This document shows, one piece after another, positions 13,696 through 24,905 of a DNA stretch of 64,000 nt. How positions within the stretch are numbered: position 1 is the first letter of the stretch; every line of letters starts with the position of its first letter. The position numbers and the translations under genes were made by a program. The notes beneath the pieces are model-generated. The model worked only from the letters and a program-made list of their open reading frames with translations, was not told the DNA's origin and made no database searches. Where the stretch lies: NCBI RefSeq assembly GCF_988242995.1, contig NZ_OZ547043.1. One strand, written 5' to 3'.

Positions 13696-14751
13696 TTACG
13701 CGCAGATAAAGTCCAGCACGTCCTTCATGCTTCCCTGTTTGTTCATCACGTCAAAGCTTGCGCATTCGGTCTTCTGTTCATAGACCGTATTCATATTTTC
13801 GCGAAGCGTTGTAATACGCTGCACCGCCACATCTAACTGCCGGGTGCCATTAATGGGTTCATAGAAAGCCGCCGCCAGAGAGCGTGGTTGTTCAGTGCCT
13901 TTTTCTGCCAGCGCCCAGGAGGCGTAGGCACGGCTGGCAAAGCTGTTCTGTTTGCCGGTTGGGGAGACTTTAAGTGCGGCTTCTGTAAAGGCGCGCAAGG
14001 TCTGATTAGCTAACGCTTCGTCACCGCCGAGGTTTTCGACCAGCAGATCTTTATCGATGCAGATATAGGTGTAGAACAGCGCAGAACCGAATCCGGTTTC
14101 ACCAAGATGCCCGGCACCGGCATCTTCAGAAGCCTGGCGCAAATCATCAACGGCGGTGAAAAAATCATCTTCGACAATCGTTTCACTGACACCAAATGCA
14201 TGCGCGACCTGGCAGGCGGCTTCAACATTAAATTCGGGTTTATTCGCCAGCATACGACCAAACATAGCGATATCTACCGCCATGCGATCTTTACGTAACA
14301 ACGCGAGATCTTCCTCTTTTGGCGCGCGCTTTTCTTCGGCCAGTTGATGGGCCAGCGCTTTTACGGCGTCAAATTCTGCCGGGCTGATATGGACTAGCTG
14401 TTCAGTTTCGGCGTTAGTGAGCGGATCTTTTGGTTTTTTGTCGTTTTTAGCTTTCCCAAGATAATCCGCAATTTTTGCCGCCCATTCGATGGCTTTTTTC
14501 TCTTCGATGCCTTTCTCAATCAGGATAGTTGCCGCCTCACGCGCAATACGCCCACTGCGAATACCAATATGGCCCGCCAGTGCCTGTTCAAAAAGTGCAG
14601 AAGTGCGCCACGCACGTTTCAGACTTTGTGAGGAAACGCGCAGACGCGTTGCTCCACCCAGTACCACAGTTTTTGGCGCACCGGTGTCATCACGGTTAAG
14701 GTTGGCAGCAGGGTAAGCGGTTAACAAATGAAGCTGAATAAATGTCGTCAT
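13696..14751 (-). CDS. casC: Cas7e/CasC Cascade backbone subunit
   Basis: ORF track 351 aa (MTTFIQLHLLTAYPAANLNRDDTGAPK...), recognised as Cas7e. Confidence 0.92.
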   Translation of the reverse strand: MTTFIQLHLLTAYPAANLNRDDTGAPKTVVLGGATRLRVSSQSLKRAWRTSALFEQALAGHIGIRSGRIAREAATILIEKGIEEKKAIEWAAKIADYLGKAKNDKKPKDPLTNAETEQLVHISPAEFDAVKALAHQLAEEKRAPKEEDLALLRKDRMAVDIAMFGRMLANKPEFNVEAACQVAHAFGVSETIVEDDFFTAVDDLRQASEDAGAGHLGETGFGSALFYTYICIDKDLLVENLGGDEALANQTLRAFTEAALKVSPTGKQNSFASRAYASWALAEKGTEQPRSLAAAFYEPINGTRQLDVAVQRITTLRENMNTVYEQKTECASFDVMNKQGSMKDVLDFICA

Positions 14752-14765
14752 GAGATAGTCCTTTA

Positions 14766-15302
14766 TTAATTTTGTTCGTTATCGGCGTCGCCAGCCTGGT
14801 AATATTCCAGCGCCCAGCGGATACGGATAAATTCTGTTGGCCGCTGCTGGCGGCGGTGATGATTGAGCAGGTCGTCGCTCTCCTGGCACCAGCGGAAAAT
14901 ATCGTCTGCCAAAGAGATAAGATTGACGGAACCATTTAATAATTTGACCGCGCGACGTAACTGACGCAGTAAATCATCAGGCGTTTTTACTGCCGACAGG
15001 CGAGTAAAACGCCCCTCCGACATTACCGCCGCCAGCTGCGCGGCAAAAGGCTGCCGTTCATCAATAGCTTTAACATTGGCGCTAACTGCGGCGACCAGCG
15101 CCAGTGCGGTAAAACGCCACTCTTGTGCTTCAATTTTCCACAAAGTGTGGGTCTGCATCAGCAGAGAACGAAACCCTTCTGACAGACAAACATCATTAAC
15201 CGTTGTGCTACGCCGCAGACTGGCACGATTGCCGCGTTTTTCCTGCAACTCTTCGTGCCATTTACGCAGCGTGGCTTTGTGCTCCTCTTTTACAATACTC
15301 AT
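14766..15302 (-). CDS. casB: Cse2/CasB Cascade small subunit
   Basis: ORF track 178 aa between casA and casC; exact start uncertain. Confidence 0.8.
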   Translation of the reverse strand: MSIVKEEHKATLRKWHEELQEKRGNRASLRRSTTVNDVCLSEGFRSLLMQTHTLWKIEAQEWRFTALALVAAVSANVKAIDERQPFAAQLAAVMSEGRFTRLSAVKTPDDLLRQLRRAVKLLNGSVNLISLADDIFRWCQESDDLLNHHRRQQRPTEFIRIRWALEYYQAGDADNEQN

Positions 15303-16867
15303 TCAGCAGCCTCCTGCTTTTTCTCCCTGGCGGCTTTAGCATTTTGCTTCTCCGCCGATGTTGTAAAATATTTCTTGCGCGCGGTCATGACGCGTTTCAA
15401 ATCAACGGGCTCATATGGATTGGTGAAGACACGCTCGTCAAAATCCTGACGCGCGAATAACCAAATTTCCTTTTGCCATTTGCTGAGTAATTCATCCGCA
15501 TCCTGACCTTCTTCAATGTGGCGCACTAACCTCAGGAAGCGATGCTGAGTTTTGTTCCAGAAGTCGATATCCACAAAACTGAAATCACCCCGTGCACCTT
15601 TTGGATCGGAGAACCACGCTTCTTTCAATGCACTCCGTAACAGACTCAGAATCCGTGAAGCCGTTTGCGCAGCCAGCCGCAGCTTCGGTATCTGGCCTTC
15701 TTTTTTATCGAGCAGCAGCGGAAAATGGTGTTCGTACCAACAGCGCGCTTTCATGTTGTCAAAATCATAACCAAATCCCCACAGGCCCACTTTTGCCTGC
15801 TTGAGACTGCTGGCATTAAAGAGTTTCACCACCAGCGCGGGAAGTTCCGTATTGTTTTCTGATTTACCCGTTTCGATAAGGCCTAACCAGTCGCGCCAGA
15901 TTAAACCGCCTGGTTGTGGTTTGACCGAGTAAAACTCGCCGCCCTCTTTAAGGGGTACACGGTAAGGCGTTAAGGGATGCTGCCACATGGCATAATTCGC
16001 GCCGTAATTTTTGGTCGTCATCAGGCTCAGGAGCGCGTCGTTCTGCTCGCCGCAAATATCGCAGTTGCCGACTGTCGTGGTATTAAAATCAATACGAATA
16101 CGCCGCGGCATTCCCCAGTACGCCTGGAGTTTATTAACCTGATCATCGGTTACCACCGCACCGGCCAGTTCGCTGGTACGCGTCGGGCCAAGCCAGGGGA
16201 AAACCAGATCGTCAAATTTTTTGGGTAGCGGTAAGTCGGCTTCGTCCTGCGGCATCACATTGAGCCACAGTTTGCGCCACAAGGGCGTTTGTTGATTGCC
16301 CTGATATTCCTGTAATTCAATCAGAGTGGTCATCGGCCCACCGCCGCGTAAACCGGTGCGGTAGCCTTTACCACCTGACGGCGCATTTAACTGTAGGGAG
16401 AACAGAGCTAACGCAGAACAATGTGGGCAAAGGTATTCCGTTACACCACGCTTGATAAAGTGGTCTTTATTAAACTTCGTTGTTTGAGCGCCGGGAATCT
16501 CAGGCAGTAGCGAAGCGACCTGAACTTTATCTCCTGTGAGCGCCTCGAAATCCTGCATAAATGAAGGGGAATCTGGCCCAAACTGGAAAGCGTGTTCTAA
16601 GGACAGCAATGCTTCCCGTAGCTTTTCAGATTCCAGTCCGTCTTCCCAGATATCATCCCAACGACGATGATCTTTTGGCGCAAAGCTGGTTTGTAGTAGC
16701 CCCAGCAAAAACTGCCATGCCGCTCCCTGGAGATCTGCCCGTGGCGCAGCAATATCGACAACATTTTCATCCGCCAGATCGACAGGCGCCAGTTTGCCTG
16801 TCGTTCCGTCTTTATAACGAACGGGCAACCACGGGGTTGTCAGAAGTGAAAACGAGTTCATACGCAT
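15299..16867 (-). CDS. casA: Cse1/CasA Cascade large subunit
   Basis: ORF track 522 aa; 4 nt overlap with casB. Confidence 0.9.
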   Translation of the reverse strand: MRMNSFSLLTTPWLPVRYKDGTTGKLAPVDLADENVVDIAAPRADLQGAAWQFLLGLLQTSFAPKDHRRWDDIWEDGLESEKLREALLSLEHAFQFGPDSPSFMQDFEALTGDKVQVASLLPEIPGAQTTKFNKDHFIKRGVTEYLCPHCSALALFSLQLNAPSGGKGYRTGLRGGGPMTTLIELQEYQGNQQTPLWRKLWLNVMPQDEADLPLPKKFDDLVFPWLGPTRTSELAGAVVTDDQVNKLQAYWGMPRRIRIDFNTTTVGNCDICGEQNDALLSLMTTKNYGANYAMWQHPLTPYRVPLKEGGEFYSVKPQPGGLIWRDWLGLIETGKSENNTELPALVVKLFNASSLKQAKVGLWGFGYDFDNMKARCWYEHHFPLLLDKKEGQIPKLRLAAQTASRILSLLRSALKEAWFSDPKGARGDFSFVDIDFWNKTQHRFLRLVRHIEEGQDADELLSKWQKEIWLFARQDFDERVFTNPYEPVDLKRVMTARKKYFTTSAEKQNAKAAREKKQEAAE

Positions 16868-16958
16868 CCTCTCGTAAAAAAGACCATCCTAGGTCGGTTG
16901 TCCATCATTCCATCCTTTTCGGTGTATCAACTATTCAGAGAGCCCTGTCGCAGGCATC

Positions 16959-19658
16959 TCAACCAACCTTGCCAGTCAATCCTTCCATAGCCGAATACCC
17001 GCAACTTTCGTCATCGGTAACTAAAATCACGTTTGCCATCTCCGGATCTTTCCGCTGTTCAATGCACCACTGCCTGAACGCTTCCCCTTCCAGTAAAGAA
17101 AACTCATCCCGATGTTTTTTCCACCAGCTTCGACGCACTCTGACAACGCTCATTTCCCATGCGTGAGCACCGTTGGCATAAGGCTTCACCACACTGGCAA
17201 TACAGGTAGCCAGCCACAGGGAAACAGACTCCTCCGCCAGACGTGTCGACAGCTTTTCCGGAAGGTAATCGTTGATATTGGCGGCATAGCCAGGCCTGAA
17301 GTTCAGCACAAACTTTTTAGCCATTGCGCGATCGCAGTAATATTTGCCCACTTGCTCCTGCTCGCTGCGGGCAAATCCTTCCGGCATTACCACGTCCTCA
17401 CCGTAGACTGATTCAATAAGAAGGCGGGCTGCGTGTGGCATTTGAATAGCGCCTTGCTCACGCAGTACACGCTGCGTCAGCCAGATTCGTCCATGATCGG
17501 GATAGACATATGCACTGTTACGCATGGCACTGCCGAACCATTCGTCACCTGGAGCGTCGTCCCAGACGGGGGCCAGAATCAGCAATTCAGGAGGGGAACG
17601 CTCGTCTTTTCCGTCACGCTTTAACTGACCATTAATATCGCGGATATGCCGCTGTAATCGCCCCGCTCGCTGGATCAGCAAATCAACAGGGGCCAGGTCG
17701 GAAATCATTTCGTCCATATCGCAATCAACGCTCGACTCTAAGACCTGAGTACAAATGAGGACTTTTCCGGCACGCTGTGAGCTATCTTCTTTACCGAAGC
17801 GTGCCAGCGTTTCCGTTTCAATTCGCTGGCGATCGCTAAAAGCAAAGCGGCTATGAAACAGAGAAAGGCTGGAAGCAGGAATGACGCCGCGGGCAAGCAA
17901 CTGACGATAAACCTTAATAGCGTCATCGACAGAATTCCGGATCCAGGCGATGCATTTCCCCTGACTTACTGCCGATTCGATACGCGCAATACATTCTTGT
18001 TCGCTATGAAGCCAACCCACGCTCACGCTACGCTCAACGTCTTTGCGCGTCGCTACCCGGTGTGAATGCACATCGGATTTCGTAACGTGCGTCAGCCAGG
18101 GGTAATCATCCTTTTCCAGGAACGGAGCTTCTTGCTGGCCCTCTGTACCACGCGCAAAGGCAGCAACGAGTTTGTCGCACTGCTGTTGAGATAACGTGGC
18201 AGAAAGCAAAATGACGCTGTTTCCGCCACGCGCCTGCCGCTCGATCAGCCCTTCAAGAATGCATGACATGTAAGCGTCACAGGCATGGATCTCATCAGCC
18301 AGCAGGATTTTGTTACTCAGTCCCAGAAGCCGCAGATTATTATGTTTGAACGGCATCACAGCCATCATCGCCTGATCCAGCGTGCCGACGCCAATTTCAG
18401 CCAGTAGCGCCTTCTTGTTACTGTCGGCAAACCAGGCCGCACATCCCTGACTGAACGTTTGTTCATCCGGTTCTTCTGACCCGACTAAATCACCGGACCA
18501 GAGTGATTCATTAAAGCGGTCCATTAATGTTCGGGCACTGTGTGCCAGCACCAGGCTGGGGCGGGACTCTGGCGAATAGAAAGCAAGCCAGGTTTTGACC
18601 AGTCGATCGTACATGGCATTGGCCGTTGCCATTGTTGGCAGGCCAAAAAACAAACCCTGCGCTTTACCCGCAGCCATCAACCTGTGCGCCAGGATAAGCG
18701 CCGCTTCCGTTTTACCTGCGCCAGTCACATCTTCCAGAATAAATAACTGTGGCCCTGGCTGGCTGATATCCAGATCCAGCACCTTTTGCTGTAACGGTGT
18801 CGGATTCTCAATAAAAGGAAACAGCGTATTAATTCCGGTGAAAGGCGCGACTTTTGCTTTTAGAGGAAAGACGGTTAAGGCGTTTTGAGCCTGAACTAAA
18901 GTTTTCTGCCAGTAACCTTTATTATCCATTGGGTGTGCGACGCGTGGAAAAAATCGCGTTGACGAACCCGTCCAGTCTGCGAGCACGACGGTTGCAGAGA
19001 TATACCAGGAAAGGTGTTTTATAAGTTCAATGCCCTCATCATCATCCCAGAATGCGGGGATCTCTATGAGCGGAAACAGTGGTTTGATTTCAAGAAGAAA
19101 ATCTCGCGCGGCAGCTTTGTCTTCAGGCAGAAAATTATCCAGTTCATCAATACGGTCAGGCGGGCGACCATGATGCCCGGTAGTTATGGGCATCCACATC
19201 GCTATTACACGTGTAAGTTTGCGGGGAGAGAGTGAAGAGGAAGGAAGTAACTCCTGACATTCACTTAAATAATGATGCCACAACCAGTAGCCCAGCGTTG
19301 AATGAGAGATTTTTTCGTAATTTTTTCTAGCACCTTCCGGAACCCTGAGTTTCGGGTGCAGGTAAAGTTGCTGAAATGAGCGGGCAAATTTACCAGTATC
19401 GTGCCAGCACAACAACCAGGCGAAAAATTGAGCCGCCTGTTCCTTGTCAGAAATCTCTAATTGACGAAAATAGTCAGCCAGTCCGAAGCAATTGCTTTTA
19501 ACCATTAAATAGCCCATCGCGGCTACATCCAGCGAATGCCAGCAAAGAAGGTGATAGTCGTCGCCCCCGTCTTTCTCGCCGCGTCGGGTTTTTCCCCAGA
19601 AATCAAAAAAAGTCACAATATTTTTATCCTTCAGTAAACTTAAAGGATATTTACGCAT
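16959..19658 (-). CDS. cas3: Cas3 HD-nuclease/helicase
   Basis: ORF track 899 aa with N-terminal HD region and DEAD/DEAH helicase motifs; only 91 bp upstream of casA. Confidence 0.93.
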   Translation of the reverse strand: MRKYPLSLLKDKNIVTFFDFWGKTRRGEKDGGDDYHLLCWHSLDVAAMGYLMVKSNCFGLADYFRQLEISDKEQAAQFFAWLLCWHDTGKFARSFQQLYLHPKLRVPEGARKNYEKISHSTLGYWLWHHYLSECQELLPSSSLSPRKLTRVIAMWMPITTGHHGRPPDRIDELDNFLPEDKAAARDFLLEIKPLFPLIEIPAFWDDDEGIELIKHLSWYISATVVLADWTGSSTRFFPRVAHPMDNKGYWQKTLVQAQNALTVFPLKAKVAPFTGINTLFPFIENPTPLQQKVLDLDISQPGPQLFILEDVTGAGKTEAALILAHRLMAAGKAQGLFFGLPTMATANAMYDRLVKTWLAFYSPESRPSLVLAHSARTLMDRFNESLWSGDLVGSEEPDEQTFSQGCAAWFADSNKKALLAEIGVGTLDQAMMAVMPFKHNNLRLLGLSNKILLADEIHACDAYMSCILEGLIERQARGGNSVILLSATLSQQQCDKLVAAFARGTEGQQEAPFLEKDDYPWLTHVTKSDVHSHRVATRKDVERSVSVGWLHSEQECIARIESAVSQGKCIAWIRNSVDDAIKVYRQLLARGVIPASSLSLFHSRFAFSDRQRIETETLARFGKEDSSQRAGKVLICTQVLESSVDCDMDEMISDLAPVDLLIQRAGRLQRHIRDINGQLKRDGKDERSPPELLILAPVWDDAPGDEWFGSAMRNSAYVYPDHGRIWLTQRVLREQGAIQMPHAARLLIESVYGEDVVMPEGFARSEQEQVGKYYCDRAMAKKFVLNFRPGYAANINDYLPEKLSTRLAEESVSLWLATCIASVVKPYANGAHAWEMSVVRVRRSWWKKHRDEFSLLEGEAFRQWCIEQRKDPEMANVILVTDDESCGYSAMEGLTGKVG

Positions 19659-19852
19659 ATATTAAAAATTATCTGTGATATATATCGTTCAATAAAATAT
19701 TTACATTATGAATAATCAAATAATTTTCATCAGTAATATATATGAATAATAAACATAGGCATAATATTCACATAAACAATATAAATTAAAAAAGGGTGCA
19801 GGAGACCAAACCATCACAATTCAATACGCGGGGTTTTACCCCCGCGTGGTGG

Positions 19853-20005
19853 CTACTTCTTCGATTCGTAAGCGAGAACTGCCTTAAACTCCATACCACG
19901 TTCTCTGATACTCAACTCACACAACGAGTCGCCTACCATCAGCGTGAATCCCAGTACTGTACAACACAGTACGATGATTGCCACAAGGGCATATTTTGTC
20001 AGCAT
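19853..20005 (-). CDS. Hok/Gef-family type I toxin (HokE-like), 50 aa
   Basis: Hand-translated minus-strand [53 protein letters not shown]: one TM helix then the Hok signature (SLCE...IR...AYES). GGGAGG Shine-Dalgarno 6 nt upstream. Not in the ORF track (below size cut-off); the 84 aa plus-strand ORF 19796..20050 is its antisense. Confidence 0.7.
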   Translation of the reverse strand: MLTKYALVAIIVLCCTVLGFTLMVGDSLCELSIRERGMEFKAVLAYESKK

Positions 20006-20270
20006 GTCTTGCCTCCCTGCAAAGAAGAGACTAACATTCGAATTGCTTAGGTTCGAACGCTGGCCTCAGGTTGATAGAAATATCGCCTGGGGCTTTTGTC
20101 CATCTGGAACCTCGCGAATGCTTAACGCCAGACAGCCTCAAGCACCCAACGCCATTCTATACTTGATAATTCTTCCAGCGGCGTTCACGTTTAAAATCAG
20201 GAATGCTGCTCGCAAAATAAAAACGCCCCCATCTTTTCAGACAGAGACGTTTATTAAGCGGTACGATATT

Positions 20271-21005
20271 TTACCCTTCGTGCAGCCCACATTCCCTTTT
20301 TAAGCCAAAGAAACGCGTTTCTTCTTCCGCCATGCCGGGTTCCCATTTACGGGTTGTATGGGTATCACCGACGGATAAATATCCTTCGTCCCATAATGGA
20401 TGATATTTCAGGCCATGTTTTTGCAGATACTGATATATCGTTCGGTTATCCCAGTCGATAATCGGCAGCACTTTAAATACGCCACGCTGAATTGCCAGCA
20501 CCGGTAAATTGGCGCGACTGCCGGATTGTTCGCGGCGCAGGCCAGCAAACCACGTTTGCGCATTCAGTTCTTTCAGCGCCCGGTTCATCGGTTCGACTTT
20601 GTTGATGTCATTGTACTTTTCAATGCCTTCAACACCCTGCTCCCACAGTTTGCCGTAGCGCGCTTCCTGCCAGGCGGCGCTTTCGGTAGCGCGGTACACT
20701 TTCAGGTTGAGCTTGAGTTTGTCCGTTAACTCGTCAATAAAGCGGTAGGTTTCCGGGAACAGATAACCCGTATCGGTCAGGATCACCGGGATATCCGGGT
20801 GAATCTGATTCACCAGATGCAGGCTCACCGCCGCCTGAATGCCGAAACTGGAAGAAAGTACATATTCACCGGGCAGATTATCCAGCGCCCAGGCAACGCG
20901 GCCTTCAGCATCCAGTTTTTCCAGTTCGGCGTTAGTTTCTGCCAGCGCCAGAATGCGATCTACCTTCGGCAGTTCGTTCAGGGCGTTTAGATCGAGTTTG
21001 GACAT
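20271..21005 (-). CDS. cysH: Phosphoadenosine phosphosulfate reductase
   Basis: ORF track 20271..21158; start trimmed to [14 protein letters not shown] (244 aa) because the upstream extension runs through the REP element and cysI stop. Confidence 0.92.
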   Translation of the reverse strand: MSKLDLNALNELPKVDRILALAETNAELEKLDAEGRVAWALDNLPGEYVLSSSFGIQAAVSLHLVNQIHPDIPVILTDTGYLFPETYRFIDELTDKLKLNLKVYRATESAAWQEARYGKLWEQGVEGIEKYNDINKVEPMNRALKELNAQTWFAGLRREQSGSRANLPVLAIQRGVFKVLPIIDWDNRTIYQYLQKHGLKYHPLWDEGYLSVGDTHTTRKWEPGMAEEETRFFGLKRECGLHEG

Positions 21006-21026
21006 AGATTCCTCACTGTTTGCCTT

Positions 21027-21063
21027 GCCTGATGCGACGCTCACGCGTCTTATCAGGCCTACA
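21027..21063. repeat. REP (repetitive extragenic palindromic) element between cysI and cysH
   Basis: GCCTGATGCGACGCTCACGCGTCTTATCAGGCCTACA, the classic REP palindrome. Confidence 0.85.
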
Positions 21064-21078
21064 AGACCGGGCTGATGG

Positions 21079-22791
21079 TTAATCCCACAAATCGCGCGCC
21101 GGATCGAGCACCGGGCGAATGATGCCCGCACGCACCGTAAAGTCGCCGAAGCCTTCACCCGCTTCGCGCTCTTTCGCCCAGCGCCCTATCAGTTCATCAA
21201 GCGACGCCAGGATTTCCGGCTCGGTGATGTTTTCTTTATACATCCGTGGGATACGTGTCCCAATGCGGTTGCCGCCAAGATGCAGGTTGTAGCGACCCGG
21301 CGCTTTACCCACCAGGCCCACTTCCGCCAGCATCGCGCGACCACAACCGTTCGGGCAGCCTGTTACACGCATCACGATATGCTCATCGCTGACACCATGT
21401 TTCGCCATTAAATTATCGATGTTGTCGATAAAAGACGGCAGGAAACGCTCGGCTTCGGCCATCGCCAGCGGGCAAGTCGGGAATGACACGCAGGCCATTG
21501 AGTTTTCACGCTGCGGCGTGACGGCATTCATTAACCCGCTCTCTTTGGCGATCTTCTCGATCTTCGCTTTCTCGCTTTCCGGCACACCGGCGATGATCAG
21601 ATTCTGGTTCGCCGTAATGCGGAAATCACCTTTGTGGATCTTCGCGATCTCCAGCAGGCCAGTTTTCAGCGGACGCCCCGGATAATCAAGGATGCGACCA
21701 TTTTCGATAAACAGCGTCAGGTGCCAGTTATCATCAATGCCCTTAACCCAACCAATACGATCGCCGCGTCCGGTAAACTCATACGGACGGATCGGTTCAA
21801 ATTTGATCCCCGCGCGACGCTCCACTTCCGCTTTAAACGTCTCAACCCCCACGCGCTCCAGCGTGTATTTGGTTTTGGCATTTTTACGATCGGTACGGTT
21901 ACCCCAGTCGCGCTGAGTCGTCACGACGGCTTCTGCCACCGCCAGCGTATGCTCCAGCGGCAGATAACCAAACTCACTCGCCGTGCGGGCGTAGGTTTTC
22001 TTGTTGCCGTGCTCGATGGAAAGCCCACCGCCCACCAGCAGGTTAAAGCCCACCAGCTTGCCGTTTTCGGCGATCGCCACGAAGTTCATGTCGTTGGCGT
22101 GCAGATCGATATCGTTCTGCGGCGGGATCACTACCGTGGTTTTGAATTTACGCGGCAAATAAGTCTGACCGAGGATCGGTTCTTCATCGGTGGTGGCGAC
22201 TTTTTCCTGATCGAGCCAGATCTCCGCATACGCGCGGGTACGCGGCAGCAGATGTTCAGATATTTTCTTCGCCCATTCATAGGATTCCGCGTGCAGCTGC
22301 GACTCGTAAGGGTTCGAGGTACAGAGTACGTTACGGTTCATGTCGTTGGCGGTAGCCAGCGCATCAAGACCGACTGAGTGCAGCATCTGGTGCACCGGTT
22401 TGACGTTCTTTTTCAGAATGCCATGGAACTGGAACGTCTGGCGGTTGGTCAGGCGAATGCTGCCATAAATGGTGTTTTCACCGGCAAATTTATCGATCGC
22501 CTGCCACTGTTTGGTGGTAATCACCCCACCCGGCAGACGACAGCGCAACAGCATTGCATGACGTGGCTCCAGCTTCTGTTCAGCACGTTCAGCGCGGATG
22601 TCGCGGTCATCCTGCTGATACATGCCGTGGAAGCGGATCAGCAGGAAGTTGTCGCCCTTAAAACCACCGGTCAGACCGTCGTTTAAATCTTCCGCAATGG
22701 TGCCGCGCAGGTAGTTGCTTTCAAGCTTCATGCGCTCGGCGTCTGTCAGTTTTCCTTCGACCACTAAAGGCCCTGGATGTTTTTCGCTCAT
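21079..22791 (-). CDS. cysI: Sulfite reductase hemoprotein beta subunit
   Basis: ORF track 570 aa with siroheme/Fe-S cysteine cluster region. Confidence 0.95.
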   Translation of the reverse strand: MSEKHPGPLVVEGKLTDAERMKLESNYLRGTIAEDLNDGLTGGFKGDNFLLIRFHGMYQQDDRDIRAERAEQKLEPRHAMLLRCRLPGGVITTKQWQAIDKFAGENTIYGSIRLTNRQTFQFHGILKKNVKPVHQMLHSVGLDALATANDMNRNVLCTSNPYESQLHAESYEWAKKISEHLLPRTRAYAEIWLDQEKVATTDEEPILGQTYLPRKFKTTVVIPPQNDIDLHANDMNFVAIAENGKLVGFNLLVGGGLSIEHGNKKTYARTASEFGYLPLEHTLAVAEAVVTTQRDWGNRTDRKNAKTKYTLERVGVETFKAEVERRAGIKFEPIRPYEFTGRGDRIGWVKGIDDNWHLTLFIENGRILDYPGRPLKTGLLEIAKIHKGDFRITANQNLIIAGVPESEKAKIEKIAKESGLMNAVTPQRENSMACVSFPTCPLAMAEAERFLPSFIDNIDNLMAKHGVSDEHIVMRVTGCPNGCGRAMLAEVGLVGKAPGRYNLHLGGNRIGTRIPRMYKENITEPEILASLDELIGRWAKEREAGEGFGDFTVRAGIIRPVLDPARDLWD

Positions 22792-24590
22792 TAGTAGACA
22801 TCTCGCTGATAACGGCGCTCTACGCGCAGCTCACTTAAAAATTCATCCGCCGCTTCGGTGTCCATGCCACCAAATTCGGCAATCACTTCCAGAAGTGCCT
22901 GCTCAACGTCTTTCGCCATGCGATTAGCGTCGCCGCAGACATAAATGTGGGCACCGTCATTGATCCAGCGCCACAGCTCCGCGCCCTGTTCGCGCAGTTT
23001 GTCTTGTACATAAACTTTTTCTTTTTGGTCGCGCGACCAGGCAAGATCGATGCGGCTCAATACGCCTTCTTTCACGTAGCGCTGCCACTCCACCTGGTAG
23101 AGGAAATCTTCCGTAAAGTGTGGGTTGCCAAAGAATAGCCAGTTTTTACCCGGCGCTTCGTCGGCAGCACGCTGCTGCATAAAGGCACGGAACGGCGCGA
23201 TGCCGGTGCCAGGGCCAATCATGATCACCGGGGTTTCCGGGTTAGCGGGCAGGCGGAAGTTGTCGTTATGTTCGATAAAGACGCGGACTTCACCCTCTTC
23301 TTCCACACGATCCGCGAGGAAGCTGGAGGCACCACCGGCACGGGCGCGGCCTTCCACGTCGTAACGCACCACACCAACGGTAACGTGCACTTCGTTCTCG
23401 ACTTCCGCCTGCGAGGAGGCGATGGAATACAGGCGCGGGGTCAGCGGGCGCAACAGATTAATCAGCGCTTCGGCATCCAGTTGCGCCGGAGAGAAACGCA
23501 CCATGTCGACAATCGGCGTGGTCGCGGCGTAATGCTGTAACTTCGCTTTATCGCCCACCAGCGGCAGCAGCGTTTCGCTGCGGGTAAGCGTGGCATAGTT
23601 CTCAACAATGTTGGCGGTGTTGACGGTCAGTTCGAAGTGCCACTGTAGCGCTTCGTTCAGCGGCAGGGTTTTGCCGTCAACGGTGACAGTTTCATCGCCT
23701 TTCAGCCACAGCAGTTCGACAAGTTCTTTCACCAGTGCCGGATCGTTCTGATACCAGACGCCCAGCGCGTCACCCGGCTGGTAACGCAGGCCCGAGTCAC
23801 CTAAGTCAATTTCGATATGGCGAACGTCTTTTTCAGAGTTACGCCCGGTAATTTTCTGGTTAACAGAGAGGCTCGCCACCAGCGGCGCGTCTTTGCTGTA
23901 CGGGCTGGTGTGGATTTCATTTACCGCGCCAGTAGCGACGGATTGCGAAGGTGCCGCGACAGGCGCACGCGATTTAAGCGCATCAACCACGCGGGCGCGC
24001 CACTCGCTGGCAGCGGCCTGATATTCAACATCGGCATCGACACGGTCGAGCAGGCGTTCACCGCCCAGTTCCGCCAGCTTACTGTCAAAATCTTTCCCGG
24101 ACTGGCAGAAAAATTCATAAGAGCTATCGCCGAGGCTAAACACGGCAAACGCGGTGTTTTCCAGCTTTGGCGCTTTTTTGGAGAACAGGAACTTATGCAG
24201 CGCGACGGCTTCTTCCGGCGGTTCCCCTTCCCCTTGCGTTGACGTCACCACGATGAGCAGTTTTTCGCTGGCGATTTGTTTGAATTTATAGTCGCCCGCG
24301 TTCACCAGCTTAACGTTCAGTTTTGCCGCTAATAAATCATCGCGTAATGCTTCAGCAACCCGGCGCGCATTGCCGGTTTGCGAAGCGGAGATAATAGTTA
24401 TACCCGGCATTTCTGCGGCGGGCGCTGGCGTCGCTGCAAGCGCAGCAGGCTGCTGGTTGAGCACGCCCCAGAAATAGCCAGAAACCCAGGCAAGCTGGGT
24501 GGGAGTTAAATCGGTCGTGGCCGCCTGAAGGCGTGCCAGTTGCTCCGGGTTCAACGGAAGCAACGCGGAAGGTGGGACCTGTGTCGTCAT
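22791..24590 (-). CDS. cysJ: Sulfite reductase flavoprotein alpha subunit
   Basis: ORF track 599 aa, flavodoxin plus FAD/NADPH reductase domains. Confidence 0.95.
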   Translation of the reverse strand: MTTQVPPSALLPLNPEQLARLQAATTDLTPTQLAWVSGYFWGVLNQQPAALAATPAPAAEMPGITIISASQTGNARRVAEALRDDLLAAKLNVKLVNAGDYKFKQIASEKLLIVVTSTQGEGEPPEEAVALHKFLFSKKAPKLENTAFAVFSLGDSSYEFFCQSGKDFDSKLAELGGERLLDRVDADVEYQAAASEWRARVVDALKSRAPVAAPSQSVATGAVNEIHTSPYSKDAPLVASLSVNQKITGRNSEKDVRHIEIDLGDSGLRYQPGDALGVWYQNDPALVKELVELLWLKGDETVTVDGKTLPLNEALQWHFELTVNTANIVENYATLTRSETLLPLVGDKAKLQHYAATTPIVDMVRFSPAQLDAEALINLLRPLTPRLYSIASSQAEVENEVHVTVGVVRYDVEGRARAGGASSFLADRVEEEGEVRVFIEHNDNFRLPANPETPVIMIGPGTGIAPFRAFMQQRAADEAPGKNWLFFGNPHFTEDFLYQVEWQRYVKEGVLSRIDLAWSRDQKEKVYVQDKLREQGAELWRWINDGAHIYVCGDANRMAKDVEQALLEVIAEFGGMDTEAADEFLSELRVERRYQRDVY

Positions 24591-24905
24591 GCGTCGTTAT
24601 GTTCCAGTAAGCAAAGCTGTTTCTGCGCCCTGTCAGCGCCCATAAAACAGAAGAGAAGGTAAGGTTAACGGGGTGAACGGTGTGGATTAAAGACGGGATA
24701 GCGATAACTAATAACCAAATCGACTAACCTGTTTTAGCAATAGTCTTTAACAACAAAATAGATTAACCAACCCAATGAAAAACAAATGAATTTAGCCAAT
24801 CATTAAGATAAATCAGCGATTTTGCGCAACAAAGTCGTTTTAGATAATGCGAAAAAACAGCCTTTCCGGTACTCTACGGCGGTTTTATCGTCCTGTAGAG
24901 AAATT

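Noticed and set aside
19796-20050. 84 aa plus-strand ORF between cas3 and cysH
   Set aside because: Its antisense frame is the Hok-family toxin with a proper RBS and conserved motifs; the plus-strand frame has no recognisable features.
20006-20270. Attempt to place the Sok antisense RNA promoter on the plus strand over the hok leader
   Set aside because: Several weak -35/-10 candidates (for example TTGCTT near 20043) but none with convincing spacing; left unannotated.
21634-22377. 247 aa plus-strand ORF
   Set aside because: Antisense to cysI.
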